Origin: Antedon mediterranea
Taxonomy: Eukaryota > Animalia > Echinodermata
Length of the DNA stretch: 64,000 bases
Assembly: GCF_964355755.1 (NCBI RefSeq)
Contig: NC_092674.1
Coordinates: 5,580,001-5,644,000 of the forward strand
Direction: 5' to 3'
The translations under genes and the position numbers were made by a program. Under the pieces are notes generated by a model, which was not told where the DNA came from, did no database searches, and worked only from the letters and a program-made list of their open reading frames with translations. Each line of letters starts with the position of its first letter. Position 1 is the stretch's first letter. Positions 37,623 to 51,195 of the stretch are shown here, piece by piece.

Positions 37623-38509
37623 TAATACATGTTTATTCAATTACTTAGATTTAGGATAAACATGTTTAGTGCAGTGACTTCTTCATAAAGTGTATGTTAT
37701 TCAGGAAAAATTTAGTTACTGCAGTAACTACAGTATAATCATTTTGACATGATCCTTAAAGCAATTAATGTAATATTAACCATCAAATTGTACTGTATAA
37801 CATATTTTTTAGTGATGTATAAAAGTTTCTAAAACATGCATGACTTAGCAAGCAGAGCAAACTAAGCGTGAAAAAACATATTAATGTTAATAAGAATACC
37901 AACCTTCAGAGTTTTATAGGACAAAGATATTTGTCAATGAATTAAATCATCCAGCATTTCAACTACGCGTGTCACAACAAAATGTCGCCAAGCGTTAAAT
38001 TGATTTATTCACAAATCAAGTATTTAATCATCACATACACTGCCGTTCTTGGAAGTCACAATCTCATGTTTTTAAGGGCAGATTTCCTGAAGTATTTAAA
38101 TCGCTGACTTTTATTAATTAGGGAGTGTCCGTGTATGATTATCTGTTGTGCTTATTGACATGTATGTTACAGGAAATGGGTCTGTTTGAAGGAATAGATA
38201 ACTTGTCTTGTGGTCAGAAAATATCACCTGACATGATCATATTTCAAGCAATGTCATAGTTATAGTATTTTCTGAGTAATTACTATAATTAATTTTTTCA
38301 TAGTAACATTAAGCTCTGTGTTTGCTAGTATTTATACATGTTTACTGTTGAACAAACTAAACTGTTGTACCGTCATAGACAACATAGGCTACATGAGTAT
38401 CTTTTCTTCGGTCTAGTGGCCGGAAAACCTGGGAACACGCTTCAGGGGTTTTACATAACATACAGAACCCAAATGGATATTTATGTGAACTCTTCTATAC
38501 CAATTCTTA

Positions 38510-38553
38510 AGCTCTATCTACACTATCAAACTAGTATGACAAAAAAAATGTGC
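38510..38553 (+). mobile_element. MITE family A terminal fragment
   Basis: tta|agctctatctacactatcaaactagtatgacaaaa. Confidence 0.7.
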
Positions 38554-39954
38554 TTATCTTTACCTACCGTATACATTATTTCTCATTTGTACAATATGTT
38601 TATAATGTATGTATAACTGCATTCATGTTATATTTTCGAACTTGTATGACGTTGACAGTAATTTTATGTAACGTGGTATCTCCTAGCTATCAAAATCAAT
38701 TATAATAACCCTCATGTCAAGGTGTTATTACCGTGGCCAATATCGCATAATAACCCCCATTTCCTACCAAATGTTTCACCTTGAGTGTCTGTATCATGTG
38801 TGTATACTGCATCTTGAAATCTAGGCTTACCAGGGACAAGGTCATCGAGCTGAGCCGTTTGGTCTGGGGGTTTAATTAGGTCATCTCTGACAAGGGGAAC
38901 TTGTTTACATTCATTCATTCAAAAAAGTCTTTCAATTACGTTTTTAATCATATGATGTGGTTATTGGCCATGTGGTAACATAGATAAAAATAAAAGTACA
39001 GATGGAGGAGTGCATCTGCATGTTTTAGTAGAAACCCCCCCCCCCCCTTCTTCTAAAAAATAAAGTCCATATCAGCCATCGTTGGTCCAATGCAGAACGA
39101 AGCCCAAATTATGAAACCATTCACTGCTGTCCTGTAGCTTCTGACATGTTACTGCAGGTTTTATGTCTCATATAGGCCTATGTTAGCCAAGGGCGGATAT
39201 CTCCTGGGATTTCGAAGCTTAAACCTAGGGAAATGGTATGATTTGATTTAATTTATTCAATGGCAAATTTGTTACAAGAAATGTATTAAAACATAAGGTG
39301 ATTCCCATCATAATTTAGATTTAGTTAGATAGCTGTATTTGTGTTTTACAATCTTTTGAATGATCATGTAGAAGTCGCTCAACTCAAAGACGACAATAGG
39401 ACAGCAAAGTTTAGAAGAAATACTATGTTGGACTTTTAAAGCAATCTAATTATTAAGTTATTATTTTATTATCTATTTATATTCACTTTCTTTATTGTAA
39501 AATTGAGAATCTGTGAGCAATTTTCCTTCCCTAAATACTACATTTTTTTACAATCAAATTTCCCTTACTTATATATAGCCTAAAAATATTAACGAAGATA
39601 TTAGATTTAAAGCAGTTTTATCATTTTTGACCCAATATTTCTGCGAATTTAAATAGGAAATACTACGTAATTGGTGGGATTATATTCAGGAAGATCCGAG
39701 TAATATATGGTACATGCTGGAGTCATCCATAAGGAGAAACACTCAAAATTATGTTAATAGTACTTTTTATTGGCGACAAATTTAAAATAGATTTTTAGTG
39801 GTTGGGTAAAAGTATCAATCACATTTATTTTGACACGATTGGCAAATGGATGATAATTTGATTGTGTGTCTGCACCATGTTACATGATGGATCTGTGATT
39901 GAATAAAAGAATGGCAGATTGCCACATTATGAGTTGGTAGAGTTTGGTAGTGCT

Positions 39955-40118
39955 CAGTGGCGTAACGGCTATGAGCGCTCACTGGTTAATACCAGGAGCC
40001 CAGAGGAAAAAACAGGTATTAAAATATACCGAAAATGTCCGAGGCCTCCAGCGTTGGAACTTGGAGGGCCACTTAGGTTTCCTAAACCAAGGGCCTTAGG
40101 TCTCTGCTTACGCCACTG
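39955..40118. mobile_element. hAT MITE
   Basis: TIR cagtggcgtaa / ttacgccactg; 8-bp TSD gtagtgct / gtagtgat. Confidence 0.8.
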
Positions 40119-40315
40119 GTAGTGATTGAGTACCAAGTAGGGGTAGGGTTATATTAGCGATCATACCATCATCAGATAAAGATATGCAGAAAGTGATACA
40201 ATCATTTTAAATGGAATTGTTGAATTTTTATCTTGTACTTTGTGAAGTTAACCTATTATGGTCATCTCCAGGTCGTTGATTATCTGATTATATCAGTATA
40301 GTAGCTTCTCTCTAA

Positions 40316-40407
40316 AGCTCTGTCTACACTATAAAACTTTGTGACAAAAAAATGTGCCCATATATGGACATGATAATGTCATATCACTACCATTTGTAGA
40401 CAAAGAT
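40316..40407 (-). mobile_element. MITE family A, internally deleted
   Basis: Both TIR remnants with a shortened interior. Confidence 0.7.
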
Positions 40408-40639
40408 TTATCTAATCTACAAAAGAATACCCAAATCACTTGGAAATATGCCCATGGATCACACCCTCGTGCATTGGGATTAATTCTGTGATCCCAATAT
40501 TTATCTTTAATATCCTTTTTCTCACCCCTTATCTATATTTAGTGACATGTCTTTCCAGCAATTACCCATATAATTCAACTTGTCATTCCCCTCTCTTTTT
40601 CCTTCCTAAGGGCCTATGTTTCCCCTTTTGATAATCTCT

Positions 40640-41463
40640 GGGCCTGTTTCTGCTGCAACTGCTCAAAATACGGTATAAAAATACGGTATAAAATACGGTA
40701 TTTTTTATACCGTATTTTTTAGTACCCCGTTTCTGCTAACAATACTTCTTGGGTGGTCGTGTTAAATTTCATCTTTTTTACCCAAATTGCCATTCATTTA
40801 TTTGATCGATAATTAAAAGTCGCAATAAAGGAAGTTTTACTTCTCACTTTCAACAGCCTAGCCCTAGTGATAGAGATGTTGTGAGAGCACAGAAAACATC
40901 GTAATGGGGACAATTAATTCGTTCCCTCCCCGAGTTATTGTATTTTGCAATGTTGTACTGCTTTCGCAGGCTCTTCAGCTTTGAGTTTACTTGCTTTGGA
41001 GACAAGTTTATTCCATACTCCTGCTTTATTTTTTTAGAAATGTCTTTATAAATGTGGTTGTCCCTTTTATTACCTTTTAGTTGGTCAGACATTTTAGCTT
41101 CCCCACACACATTTATTTAGTAAAACTGTGACATCTTCGCTCCACATTTTCGCCGAATATATCTATACATTGTGTGTAAAGCAGCTAACAGCGACAGAAA
41201 ATAAAAACACGAATGGTGACCTTTTGTCATGTAAAAAAAAAATACGGTATTTTTTATTGGCAGCAGAAACGGGTACAAAAAATACGGTATAAATTTGTAA
41301 ATACCGTATTTTATCCACAAATTTTGTGGGGAAAATACGGTATACAAAATATGCTATATTTTTTATGAGCGCAGTTTCTGCTGCCAAAAATATACCGTAT
41401 ATATACGGTATTCAAAAAATACAGTATAATATACGGTATTTAGTTGGCAGCAGAAACAGGGCC
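40640..41463 (-). mobile_element. Non-autonomous PIF/Harbinger element carrying a Myb/SANT remnant
   Basis: TIR gggcctgtttctgctg(c)caact / agttggcagcagaaacagggcc; 3-bp TSD TCT; about a dozen subterminal ATACGGTA/TACCGTAT motifs. Confidence 0.8.
40870..41148 (-). pseudogene. Frameshifted Myb/SANT-like (trihelix) DNA-binding domain, Harbinger accessory-protein type
   Basis: MWSEDVTVLL in one frame, then GEAKMSDQLKGNKRDNHIYKDISKKIKQEYGINLSPKQVNSKLKSLRKQYNIAKYNNSGRERINCPHY in another; fits the trihelix W..E.T..L / IY..IS / Q..K.K.L...Y / SG..R..CP.Y pattern. Confidence 0.75.
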
Positions 41464-41731
41464 TCTGTAACAACTTCATTAACTGTAAACTGACCCCTCT
41501 ATTCAGTTACCTTCCTTTTAAATAGTAATTTTTTTAATTTTTTATGTAAATTGTTATTATATACAATCAAAGATACCCAGTACAATTTCAAATATTTTAG
41601 CACCAACATGCTGTGTGGTTCTTTTCTCTGGATCAAAAGATTGGTAGGCTTTAGTTGTGTTCGTTTATTTATTTGATTTATTTCCAGTGTATTACAGTTG
41701 ATTACAGTTGATTAAAGAGAGCAGGAACTAA

Positions 41732-41885
41732 AGATCTATCTACACCATCAAACTTCATGCGACAAAAGAAAATGTATATGGACATGATGATGTCATATCA
41801 TATTTGGGCATATCACTACCATATTTGGGCATATCACTACCATATTTAAGCACATTACTGTTTTTTCAAACTAGTAGACAGAACT
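41732..41885 (-). mobile_element. MITE family A, diverged
   Basis: atatcactaccatatttgggc repeats and TIR remnants. Confidence 0.75.
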
Positions 41886-43380
41886 TATATCTTAATTTTT
41901 GCTTCTCAGAATTAACGTGCCCGGATTAGGTGCTGTTTACAGGTACCATAGTTCTTCCATGAAGATACAGGACAAATCTCATGATGTGTGAAATAGCACA
42001 AATTTATATACAAACAACTGTACAAATGCTCTTTCTCTCTTTTTTTATAATATACAGATAGTACATTATTTTTCTCAGAAAATTTTAACTACTATTAAAT
42101 TGTTTTTCACAAAGTACTGCTGCTGTTAATGTCTGCTATGAAATGATTATCGCAAAATCGTAATTAAATTAATTTGAAATGAAATACGACATATTATTTG
42201 ATCAATAAACATTATTAGTCCATTTATGTCTACAATAATGTGAATATATCTTGGTCAATTGCAATTACCATATATCATTTAAAATTGATATTGATTTTTA
42301 TTGATCTACAGACGTTTAGTTTTAAGAATGGTGCTAATATATGATGATGTCATATCGTTGAAATGCTATCAAATTTTATTTTCAAATAAACACAGAAATA
42401 TTGAGGAGAGGTGTTTGTATATCTTGCTGTATTCTAACTGTTGATCATTCACTTGATATTGTATTCAATAACACAAATGAATGGATAGCATAATAATTGA
42501 ACCGTGGATGGAAAAGAAAATGTTTTTAACCACCCAAATTTATAACCAGAACATTTTTTTTTATTTGTTGTTTCAACTTTTTTCTTACTTATCTTTTATA
42601 TGGTTCAACTTCAAGTTATAAAATTTGTATCTTTGTATTGTTCAAAAGGTCATTTAATCTTAAAAACAAATTCATTTTATAAAATATTTAAATATCATAC
42701 ATAAATTTTTCACCTAGCTTCATTAAAAAGATATTAAGTTACCTGTGTTTTAGTCACTGTATTCGAAGTAGTGTAAAATATAAATAGAATGATTAGGTAA
42801 CTGTACTTTCTTAATATATTATTAATATTCCATGATAATAACATAACAAAACTTGCTATTCTTTGAACTACCTGTACTATTCTACAAAGAATAACGCTAT
42901 AGTTTAGATAGACAATCAGTTGTTGCTAAGGGCTTTTATCCGATATGATTGAATCAAGTCAATGTTCTGAATAAATCTAAATCTTGGCAAAAAATGTTAA
43001 ATAGGTTTCTGGATCTTAGGAGATTACTTTATTACCATGGACATAATATATTTTAAAAAAAAATATTGTAAAGAAATTCTAGATTTGATTTAAAATTAAA
43101 ATCATTTGATCTGAATTAACCAGAAAAATTAAGGAGAATGTGTGACATTAAGAGATCCATACCAGGACAATGAATAACAATCATTGAGGCACCATCAATC
43201 AAAATGATACATACATATTTGATCCTCATCTTCTACACTATTCAGCACTATAAGTAGTATACTAAATGTGTTACGATTTGTTTTTATTTTGTAATGGCTT
43301 TGACTGATTTCTATATCTAAAATAGTAAAGATTTTAATCCTCGGATCACGATAGGTCCTTCTTGTTGAAACAGCAAACAG

Positions 43381-43580
43381 ATAATCAAGATGATGCAGGA
43401 CAATGAAGGATACTTTGGGATAATCAGAATGATTCTAGGACACACACAAAGACTCCAGGACAAAATGATGCCAGGCCAAAATCAGGATCAACTAGAAGGT
43501 GACTTCATCAATCAAGATTACTTCAGGACAATTAATAAGACTTCTAGGCAATAAAAAAGATGCCAGGCCAATCAGGAAAA
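43381..43580. repeat. Highly degenerate ~20-bp tandem repeat (aatcaagatgatnccaggac-like)
   Basis: Recurring aatca...aggac/aggcc units. Confidence 0.5.
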
Positions 43581-46500
43581 CCCTACAAAAGAGAAAGACT
43601 GCTTTTTGAAATACAAACAAGGAGAAGGATGACAGATTGGAGATGTGATAGTCAACGACATTCCAAAACGTTCACATTTTAAATGTGTTTGTAATTGCTG
43701 AAAAACAGAACATAATGTTTGAACAGAGTGACAATATAATGCAATACGTGTATAATATCCGTGTATAAATATATTTCCATGGTTTAACCTTGTAAAATGT
43801 AAAAGACCATAGTAATGTATCATCGTTACGAAAGTCATCAATTGACAAGATCGGCACAAAGTGTTAGTTTCGCATCTGTAATGTTATAATGGATATCACA
43901 TCTTTCTCGTAAATTCACGTAAGAGTAGCTGTGATTTTCAACAGTCAAACGTAGATTTTAAATTATGAGCATAACACATGCCATATATGTATATACTCGT
44001 TTGAATAATAAAATTCACCCACATAAATATACCAATATGCATATTTAATTAAAATACTATTAAAAATATTTGCCTATTATGCAATATGATTATCATGGCG
44101 ATGTAAAAAGTACAACTCTAAGTAAAACGCTTTTGCAAAATACGGATACTCTTTCAAATATGGATATTTGTTAATTTAATATATATTTTATATATATGAC
44201 AAATCGAAAGAAAATAAATGTATAATTGAATTTACTACATGCTTTTACTTGTACTTTATTAAATTTTACTGTAAAAAGAAAATTATGTTCTAACATGAAC
44301 TATTAAATAAATGTTGGCTATAGACAGAATTCAATGCACAAATTTGGCTGATTTACAAAATTTAAACCTCAAACGTGAACATATTACGCAAACACCTTAT
44401 AACCCAGCGGACAATGAAACATTTAATAGGTCCTTATCAAAGTTTATTGTTACTATTCGTAACTTTGTTTTGCATCAAAACAACACTCCCAATTTCCATA
44501 TTTAATTGCTTAAGTTTTGTTTCGTTGCATACAAAAGCGTAAACATGTTTGCATCATGCAGATATAAATTTAATTTGACGTTTCAGCAGAATTGTTCAAT
44601 TATGACCGCATTATTAATACAAATTTTCTCACATTACATCAACATTTTTGTTATGAATCTACTCAGCCTAGCGTTTGTCCTTGGTTTAGGGTTGACCTTC
44701 CAACGTATTTTCTTAATTTCTCTTCCAGCCGCCCGAGGTAGTTTAACCATAAGCCTCATTAGGTAATTTTAATGTTTTCTTTACGCTGTAAAGTGTCGGC
44801 AAGGCTAAAACCACCACAAAGTGAGGTCCATCGATATCTTGGAACTGTAAACCTACAGGGCTTTTTACGTATGTCATCGTCCTTTTTTGTAGCAGCCTTC
44901 TCAGCTTGTTGATTGAACGACTCGTGCTTCCTGATTGATTGAGATTAAACACAACAAGGGGCTGGGGGTTTTACCAAACTCGCCAATAAATCTCGACGAT
45001 GAAACATTACAGGAAACATAATTCTCAAGATATTCTCAATTTATTTCTCTTTTCCTGAATTGATGATATTATTTGAAATGAGATCCACCTTTGATTTTAT
45101 ATTCTAATTTTGTTCATTTATGACTCAAATCATTATGATATTAATAGAAAATAGAATAGTTTTACTTATGGATTTTATATATTTTTTTTTTCTTTCTAAG
45201 GAAAAGATTTACTATCTATGTGCAAAATTGCCTTTGTATGGGTTTATATGTTTTTTTTTAGTATTTTTTAAAATTACACACCTATATATGATAACAAAAA
45301 TCTTAATAATTTCTAAACATATACAATTCAATACATAACAAAACATTAAAAAAATATAGTTTCTAAAAGTTAAATAATCGGACTGTACAAAATTAACTTC
45401 AATTTAACTTTCTTTTGCATATTGATAATAAGATTTCTTAGGCGCTCAAGGAGCCAAAGGAAAACAAATCCATAAACCTAAAAAAGCCTTAAGAACACTC
45501 TTGAAATTGTTTAGTTGATTTGCTAGCATAAATATTATATTATATAATCTGTCATCCTCCATTTAAAGACACCACTGTTTAAAAAATTATTTGAATAATA
45601 ATAAAAGGAAAATTACTTTTATAATATTGAAAGATAGTTTTTAATACAGATATTCATTGCAGGGTCGTACAGATTACATTTGCTTTAAAAGCTGTTTTAT
45701 TTTATAAAATACATCTGGATAAATTCTAATAGCAATATTTATGTAAATATGATGTTTTTCTATGATTTAATTAATTAAATCAATTAATATGAAAGACTTC
45801 ATGGCATCTTTCCAGAATTTAAGATCTGTTTATTTTAAAAATTATATTGACTCATCCTCTTACCGAAAGTGAAAAGAATTTGGTTAATGTTTTTTTATAC
45901 TTGAATGCAAATGGGAAATTATTAAATCTTTATCTGGTTTATTTAATTTTCTTGACTAGTTATGTTTTTTTATCATTATCATCATCAGTTTTATTTCTAT
46001 GTTTCGAAAACCTAACCTGATTTAGAAAGTTCTAAATAAAAAGTAACATAGTTATTGGGTGTTAAAACAAAACTTTTTGATATTGAAGGGTCAACTTCTA
46101 AGTTTAATATATAGTAGATAAAAAGAAGATAGACAAAGTTCGAAATATTGAATCACAATGGCCTGCTTCACTTTTTTTTTACAAGTTTTTCTTTAAAGTT
46201 TTAGGCTTGTGGGTGCTTCAATATTTCTTAGTTAGCTCAAACGATAGTACGTTATTTACATAAATGGTTTATAAGTAGTTAGGGGGAAAAAAAACCCTTT
46301 TTATTAAGTGTACAAAAGAATGAATATAACAATAACAATGTAAAACTAAAATGTAAACATCTGACAATTTGAAATAAAGTAAAAATAAAAGATTTATTTT
46401 CAGAAAGAAAATTCTTTTAAAATACAGAATTGAAACAAGGAAATATTTGATATAGTAATTCATTTTTAAATTAATATTCTTTATTAATATTCTAAAGAAA

Positions 46501-47014
46501 TTTGTTAGAGTTTGTTAAATTGTTGTTGGTAATTTAATTTTGTATGTCATTTCATGCTTTAGTTGGCGGAAAATGAAAATGTCTTTTTGCCCTGTAATTT
46601 AATTTACATAAATCTTCATTACTTTATTTAGGTGTATTCCAATGAATGATATACGTTCAAGACATTAACAATATAAGATTTATAGTTTATATTATGTTGT
46701 ACATTAAATTGAAACTCTGAAATTCAGTACTGGACATAAAAGGTATAACTTAATAAGTTTACACTTGAAATGGTTGTTGTGACTTTATGTGGTGTATTGC
46801 ACTTTATTAATTGTCCCTTGGAGGAACGATGAGCTACAGTTTTTACACATGAAACTAGAAATCTAGATCTCCAAGTAGAATATCTGTAATTTGACATAAT
46901 TAATTTACAGCATAGATTTACACTATATTACCTGTCAACATTAGCACATGGAGAGATGGAAGATGTAGTCAGTTATTTTGTTATTTATTAGTGGAATAGT
47001 AACTTGTGCTTAAA

Positions 47015-47357
47015 CATGCAGATAGCGCAGTCGGTTAAACTGGTGGTCTGTGTTGTGCGCTGAACCATAGGTTTCCTTTGGCCCACTGTTCGAAAGCCAT
47101 TATCTCTATGTTTCAACTGCCGGGTTGCTGTACATGTAGATATCGCACCGTCCTTTGGATGGGACGTTAATGATCCATTTAGAATCGGAGGCTTGGCCAT
47201 GTAAATACTTGGTGCTCAGATTTTGCCCATCAGAGCAGAGCTATAGACTATAGACCGCTTGCTTGTTATACAAATATTTGCTGTTCTGCACGCATCCATT
47301 CACATGCGGTATCAAAATTAGCGAAATGTTCCTGAAAAGGTTTTAAACTGCATAAAC
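47015..47357 (+). mobile_element. tRNA-derived SINE with a Deu/Nin-like core motif
   Basis: A box tagcgcagtcgg and B-box-like gttcgaaag; ccgtcctttggatgggacgttaa (47148-47170) resembles the recalled Deu/Nin core; 3' boundary approximate. Confidence 0.55.
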
Positions 47358-47792
47358 TGATCCTGGGTATCTTTTCTAGTGTACCATTATTAAATGAGAT
47401 AAATTATAATTCAAAATCATTGGTTTCTCTCCATCTTCTAGTGACATGTGCACATGTAGAGCATGTTGGCATGTATAAAGGGTGCCATGAACAGGTGACT
47501 CCCCTTTAGCAATGATATCATTTTTAAATTCAGACATCTGTTGAATGTTATAATTTAAAACCTTTTAGAAATGTTATGAATGACATGAAGTTCTAAATCT
47601 AAGCTGTCTATCATGTAGTGAATTATCTGTCAATGATGATTGACATAACTTCTAACATTAATAAAAAATGTTTTATAACATTTTCTATCATTTCATTTTG
47701 AAGAACATCTTTGTGGGTCGATAAATGTGACTTTGATAGATCCTTGATTGATGCTATGCTTTCTTTTAATCTGCATATGTGAACTAAACCGT

Positions 47793-47914
47793 AAATGTGA
47801 TGTGCCCATATATGGACATGATGATGCCATATCACTACCATATTTGGGCATATCACTACCATATTTGGGCACATCAAACTTTTTTTTAGTCAAACTTAAT
47901 AGTGTAGACAGAGC
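47793..47914 (-). mobile_element. MITE family A, one end truncated
   Basis: Internal repeats plus TIR agtgtagacagagc. Confidence 0.8.
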
Positions 47915-50900
47915 ATAACATAATGATCTCCATCCAGAAAAGTGATGTTCATGATCAAATTGTGAGTATTTAATGTTTAAAGAAGAACTTTGATAATATG
48001 TCCTTATTAAATTTCCTATGATTAAAATGGAATAAAATCAAATTTTCTATTTTATATTATGAATTGGATGTGATCATGTTACTTTGGATCTTATCCAGAT
48101 AATCAAAAAAAAAAAAAAACTTAAAGCGAAATTATTGTAGTCAAAAATGTAATGAAGGTATTGACGCAAGTGTTGAAATTCGTGCTGATCACATTTAAAT
48201 ATAATGCACATAGGTGTTATCTACAATAAAACATTAATTCTGCATCCTCTAACTACATCCTTTAAATCTTAGAACTTTGGTACAATGCCATAAGTAAAAT
48301 TATTGTAATGGATCTTTTGTCTATGATTTATGATTTTAATTTTGCCCAACTTGAAACAAATGTACTAGTCTAGTACTGTACTATGAATGCGATACATTTA
48401 CAAGTTGTTTGAACAAGAGGTTCAAGTGTGACTCGAACCTCTATTAGAGAACTTTTGATTTGCGATGATTTAGGACCTATGTCATAATTGTAAGTTTGAG
48501 TTTGGTTTGTCAATTTTTGTCATGTTGTTGTCGTACCTAAGTTTGTCGATTTGTACTAAAGCAAGTGTCAAAGTTCAAAGTAGCAATCTTGGTTCACATT
48601 TTAAACTAAAAAAAAAGAATGTAATGTTGGATTAAAAAACAACAATCTAAACTAATCTATTAAATGAAATGTTAGCATCCTTATATGTGTGGTGGACTAC
48701 TTTCATAAATGACGGATGTGTCAAGATTATTTCGATAATCATAATTAATATTATGCAGATTCTATCTGTACTGTATCCCAGCTGCTTGTCTGTCAACTCT
48801 TTGATCAAAATGTGTCCTTCATATATCATTGTTAAAAAAAATATTTGTATTTTGTATAGTTAAATAATATACAAATAATGAATGTTTATGAGTGTAATGG
48901 TACAAATAATGGCATGAGGTGAATGATTAAAATGATTCTATTGCATGCCATGTGGCCAACAATTGTCCAATCAAATGGCAGGAATTTATTTAGGTGTTAT
49001 ATAATATGTTATATTGCATAAAATCATGAAAACATACGTCAGTTGATCTTAAATAAATAAAGATTCCCTGCTCACTGCTTTCCAACTTCCTTATTTCCTT
49101 CCCATCAGCCAACTGACGTATTAAGACTATTAAATCTGTACTTTATAAAACCCACATTTAACCTATATTGCATCCAAACTAAGCGTTATAATTAGTATAT
49201 AACTCCTTGATCCAAATAAGTGTTTTAACAAGACCAGCAAGAGTCGTCAACCAGCTCGACAATCTATTTGTCCGTAGGGTATAATTAGCCTAACATTAGG
49301 TGTGAGGGCAGGCTTTGGATGCTCTTGTTTTGAATGTTTCACCTGCCTGGTTCCCCTGGGAGATCATTGTACTGTTTTCAGGGTGTAATATACATAATGT
49401 TGTTAGATGTGTATTATACTGTAGGATATTATAAATTAAATGGGACATTTTTTATGAACATAACAATATGAATAGTGTCATTGTTATGCATAATATATAT
49501 AAAGTACGTTTTCATTAATCAAATTTTCTATCCTTTCCTAATGAACATACAATGTATATTATAATTAATGGAGAGTAATTTTGTATCATAACTTCTAGTT
49601 TGTTACATAAATTCCCGAGGACAACAAATCTAAGAAAGCTTAAAGTCACAAGGTCTGTTAATAAGAATCAAAAACCAATATTGCAAGCAGGAACATATGA
49701 ACACATTCTAGGGTGGGGTGATTGTGGTTAGTAAGCACTGAGTACTGGTACTGGTTCAAATTCAAATAACCATCTCACAGAGATCTGGTAGCCATTGACT
49801 TAAAGTTGGCATTTGGATGCGTTACTTTTAAATGTACAGTATGAGAGTGACTACTACCAAATTGCAGTCACAAAACAACTTATAAAGTGCAAAGATATTT
49901 TTTGTGCATTTATTTGAAAGAGAGTTTCATTTATCAATAAGTCTTTGTTAATCAGAAGTTTAAACATTTTTTTGTTTATTTTGGGAAATCAATTGACCTC
50001 CTGACCCTAGTTTCTGAAGCGGTTTCACAAGAGAAAAGAAAAGGAGTAACTTATTGAATTTTAGCTTTTCTGACAAATCTAACAGGGTTATACTAGTTTG
50101 TTCGGATGAACAGAGAAAATCCTGAATCCTCCACTGTCAGATTGATGTAAAATTATGTTTTTGTGATTTTTTTTTATTCTAGCCAACAGTACCTTGAACT
50201 ATTAGATATAATATACTCAAGTGTTATAAAATGGATGACAGTTTAATATGCAGATCGCAGATAAGAACATTTCTGCAATTTATGTGATGATTTTTGACAT
50301 TTCTACGAAATGACAATTTTTAGTAGTCTGCTATTGTTAGTTTGATTGGGCAATATCTTAATTCATAAATTGTACTGCACTTTTCAACGTTGGAATCTAT
50401 TTGCGACTTGTCTTTATACATAGCCCAAAGAAATCATCCAATTCATCTGGATGGTGACTCACGTATCAATGTTGAAATAAAAATAAATTGGAGTCTAAAA
50501 TAGTATATATCAAAAGATGCATTTAAACGTTTTTGAAAATTTAATCTAATTCTTTTCCTTTAAAATTGTCACAGTTTTCTATGAAAGATGGCATTATAAT
50601 GACAATAATAATGTTGTTTTTTTTGTTTACAAGGACACACACACAAATATATAAGTATTTAAACTCAGTTTTAAAATATACAATTCTAAAAAGTGAAAGA
50701 AAATATTGTGTTTAACCAAAAAGAATAATCAGAAGGATTTTGTATAATACTATAGCACCCTCTATAGTTTTCCAAATAAATAGTCATATTCGAAGCAGTT
50801 TTATATTTCAATTCAAAGACACAACTGTGATGACTTGGTTGTTGTTGCACTAGATGCAATCTTGTAAGTAAAAATGGTGGCTCCAATTCGTACTTGATTA

Positions 50901-50932
50901 TCGACAATGTCAATTTAGTCTTACATTCATCT

Positions 50933-51195
50933 GAATGATGACTAAGCCAGGACTGATTAAAGCACCTTTGGCTGGTCCCAACATTGACCAAGGGCTTCTC
51001 TCGTCCAGTGTCCACCTTAACCAGAGGAGAGGCATAAGCCAAAACATCTGAGGCAGATACTAGATGCAGGGGCTGCAGCAGTGCCGATTTCAAATGCCTA
51101 ATGGGATCCCAGCTCCATATACAGCACCTGGTATTCCCAGATGGTCTCCCATCCAAGCTCTAACCGGGCCCAACGTTGCTTAACCTCAGAAATCC
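50933..51195 (-). mobile_element. 5S rRNA-derived SINE (SINE3-type), copy 2
   Basis: Minus strand gaggttaagcaacgttgggcccggttagagcttggatgggagaccatctgggaataccaggtgctgta is the 5S 3' half with A/C boxes (51120-51195), followed by the same body as 24913-25100. Confidence 0.85.

Noticed and set aside
38831-38886. Possible 56-nt minus-strand exon (DDLIKPPDQTAQLDDLVP) with ttgtcag acceptor and gtaagc donor
   Set aside because: No recognisable protein similarity and no partner exons; could be chance splice signals; would need RNA-seq
47623-47893. ORFs with PKYGSDM / CPNMVVI repeats (also 3923-4234, 33189-33434 and the tail of 6426-6710)
   Set aside because: They are translations of the 20-bp internal repeats of MITE family A
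50686-51156. 156-aa ORF starting MDGRPSGNTRCC
   Set aside because: The start is the conceptual translation of 5S rRNA-like sequence in a SINE; the rest is SINE body and flank
51120-51195. Functional 5S rRNA gene
   Set aside because: The 5' third is missing, there is no T-run terminator, and it runs into a body shared with another dispersed copy
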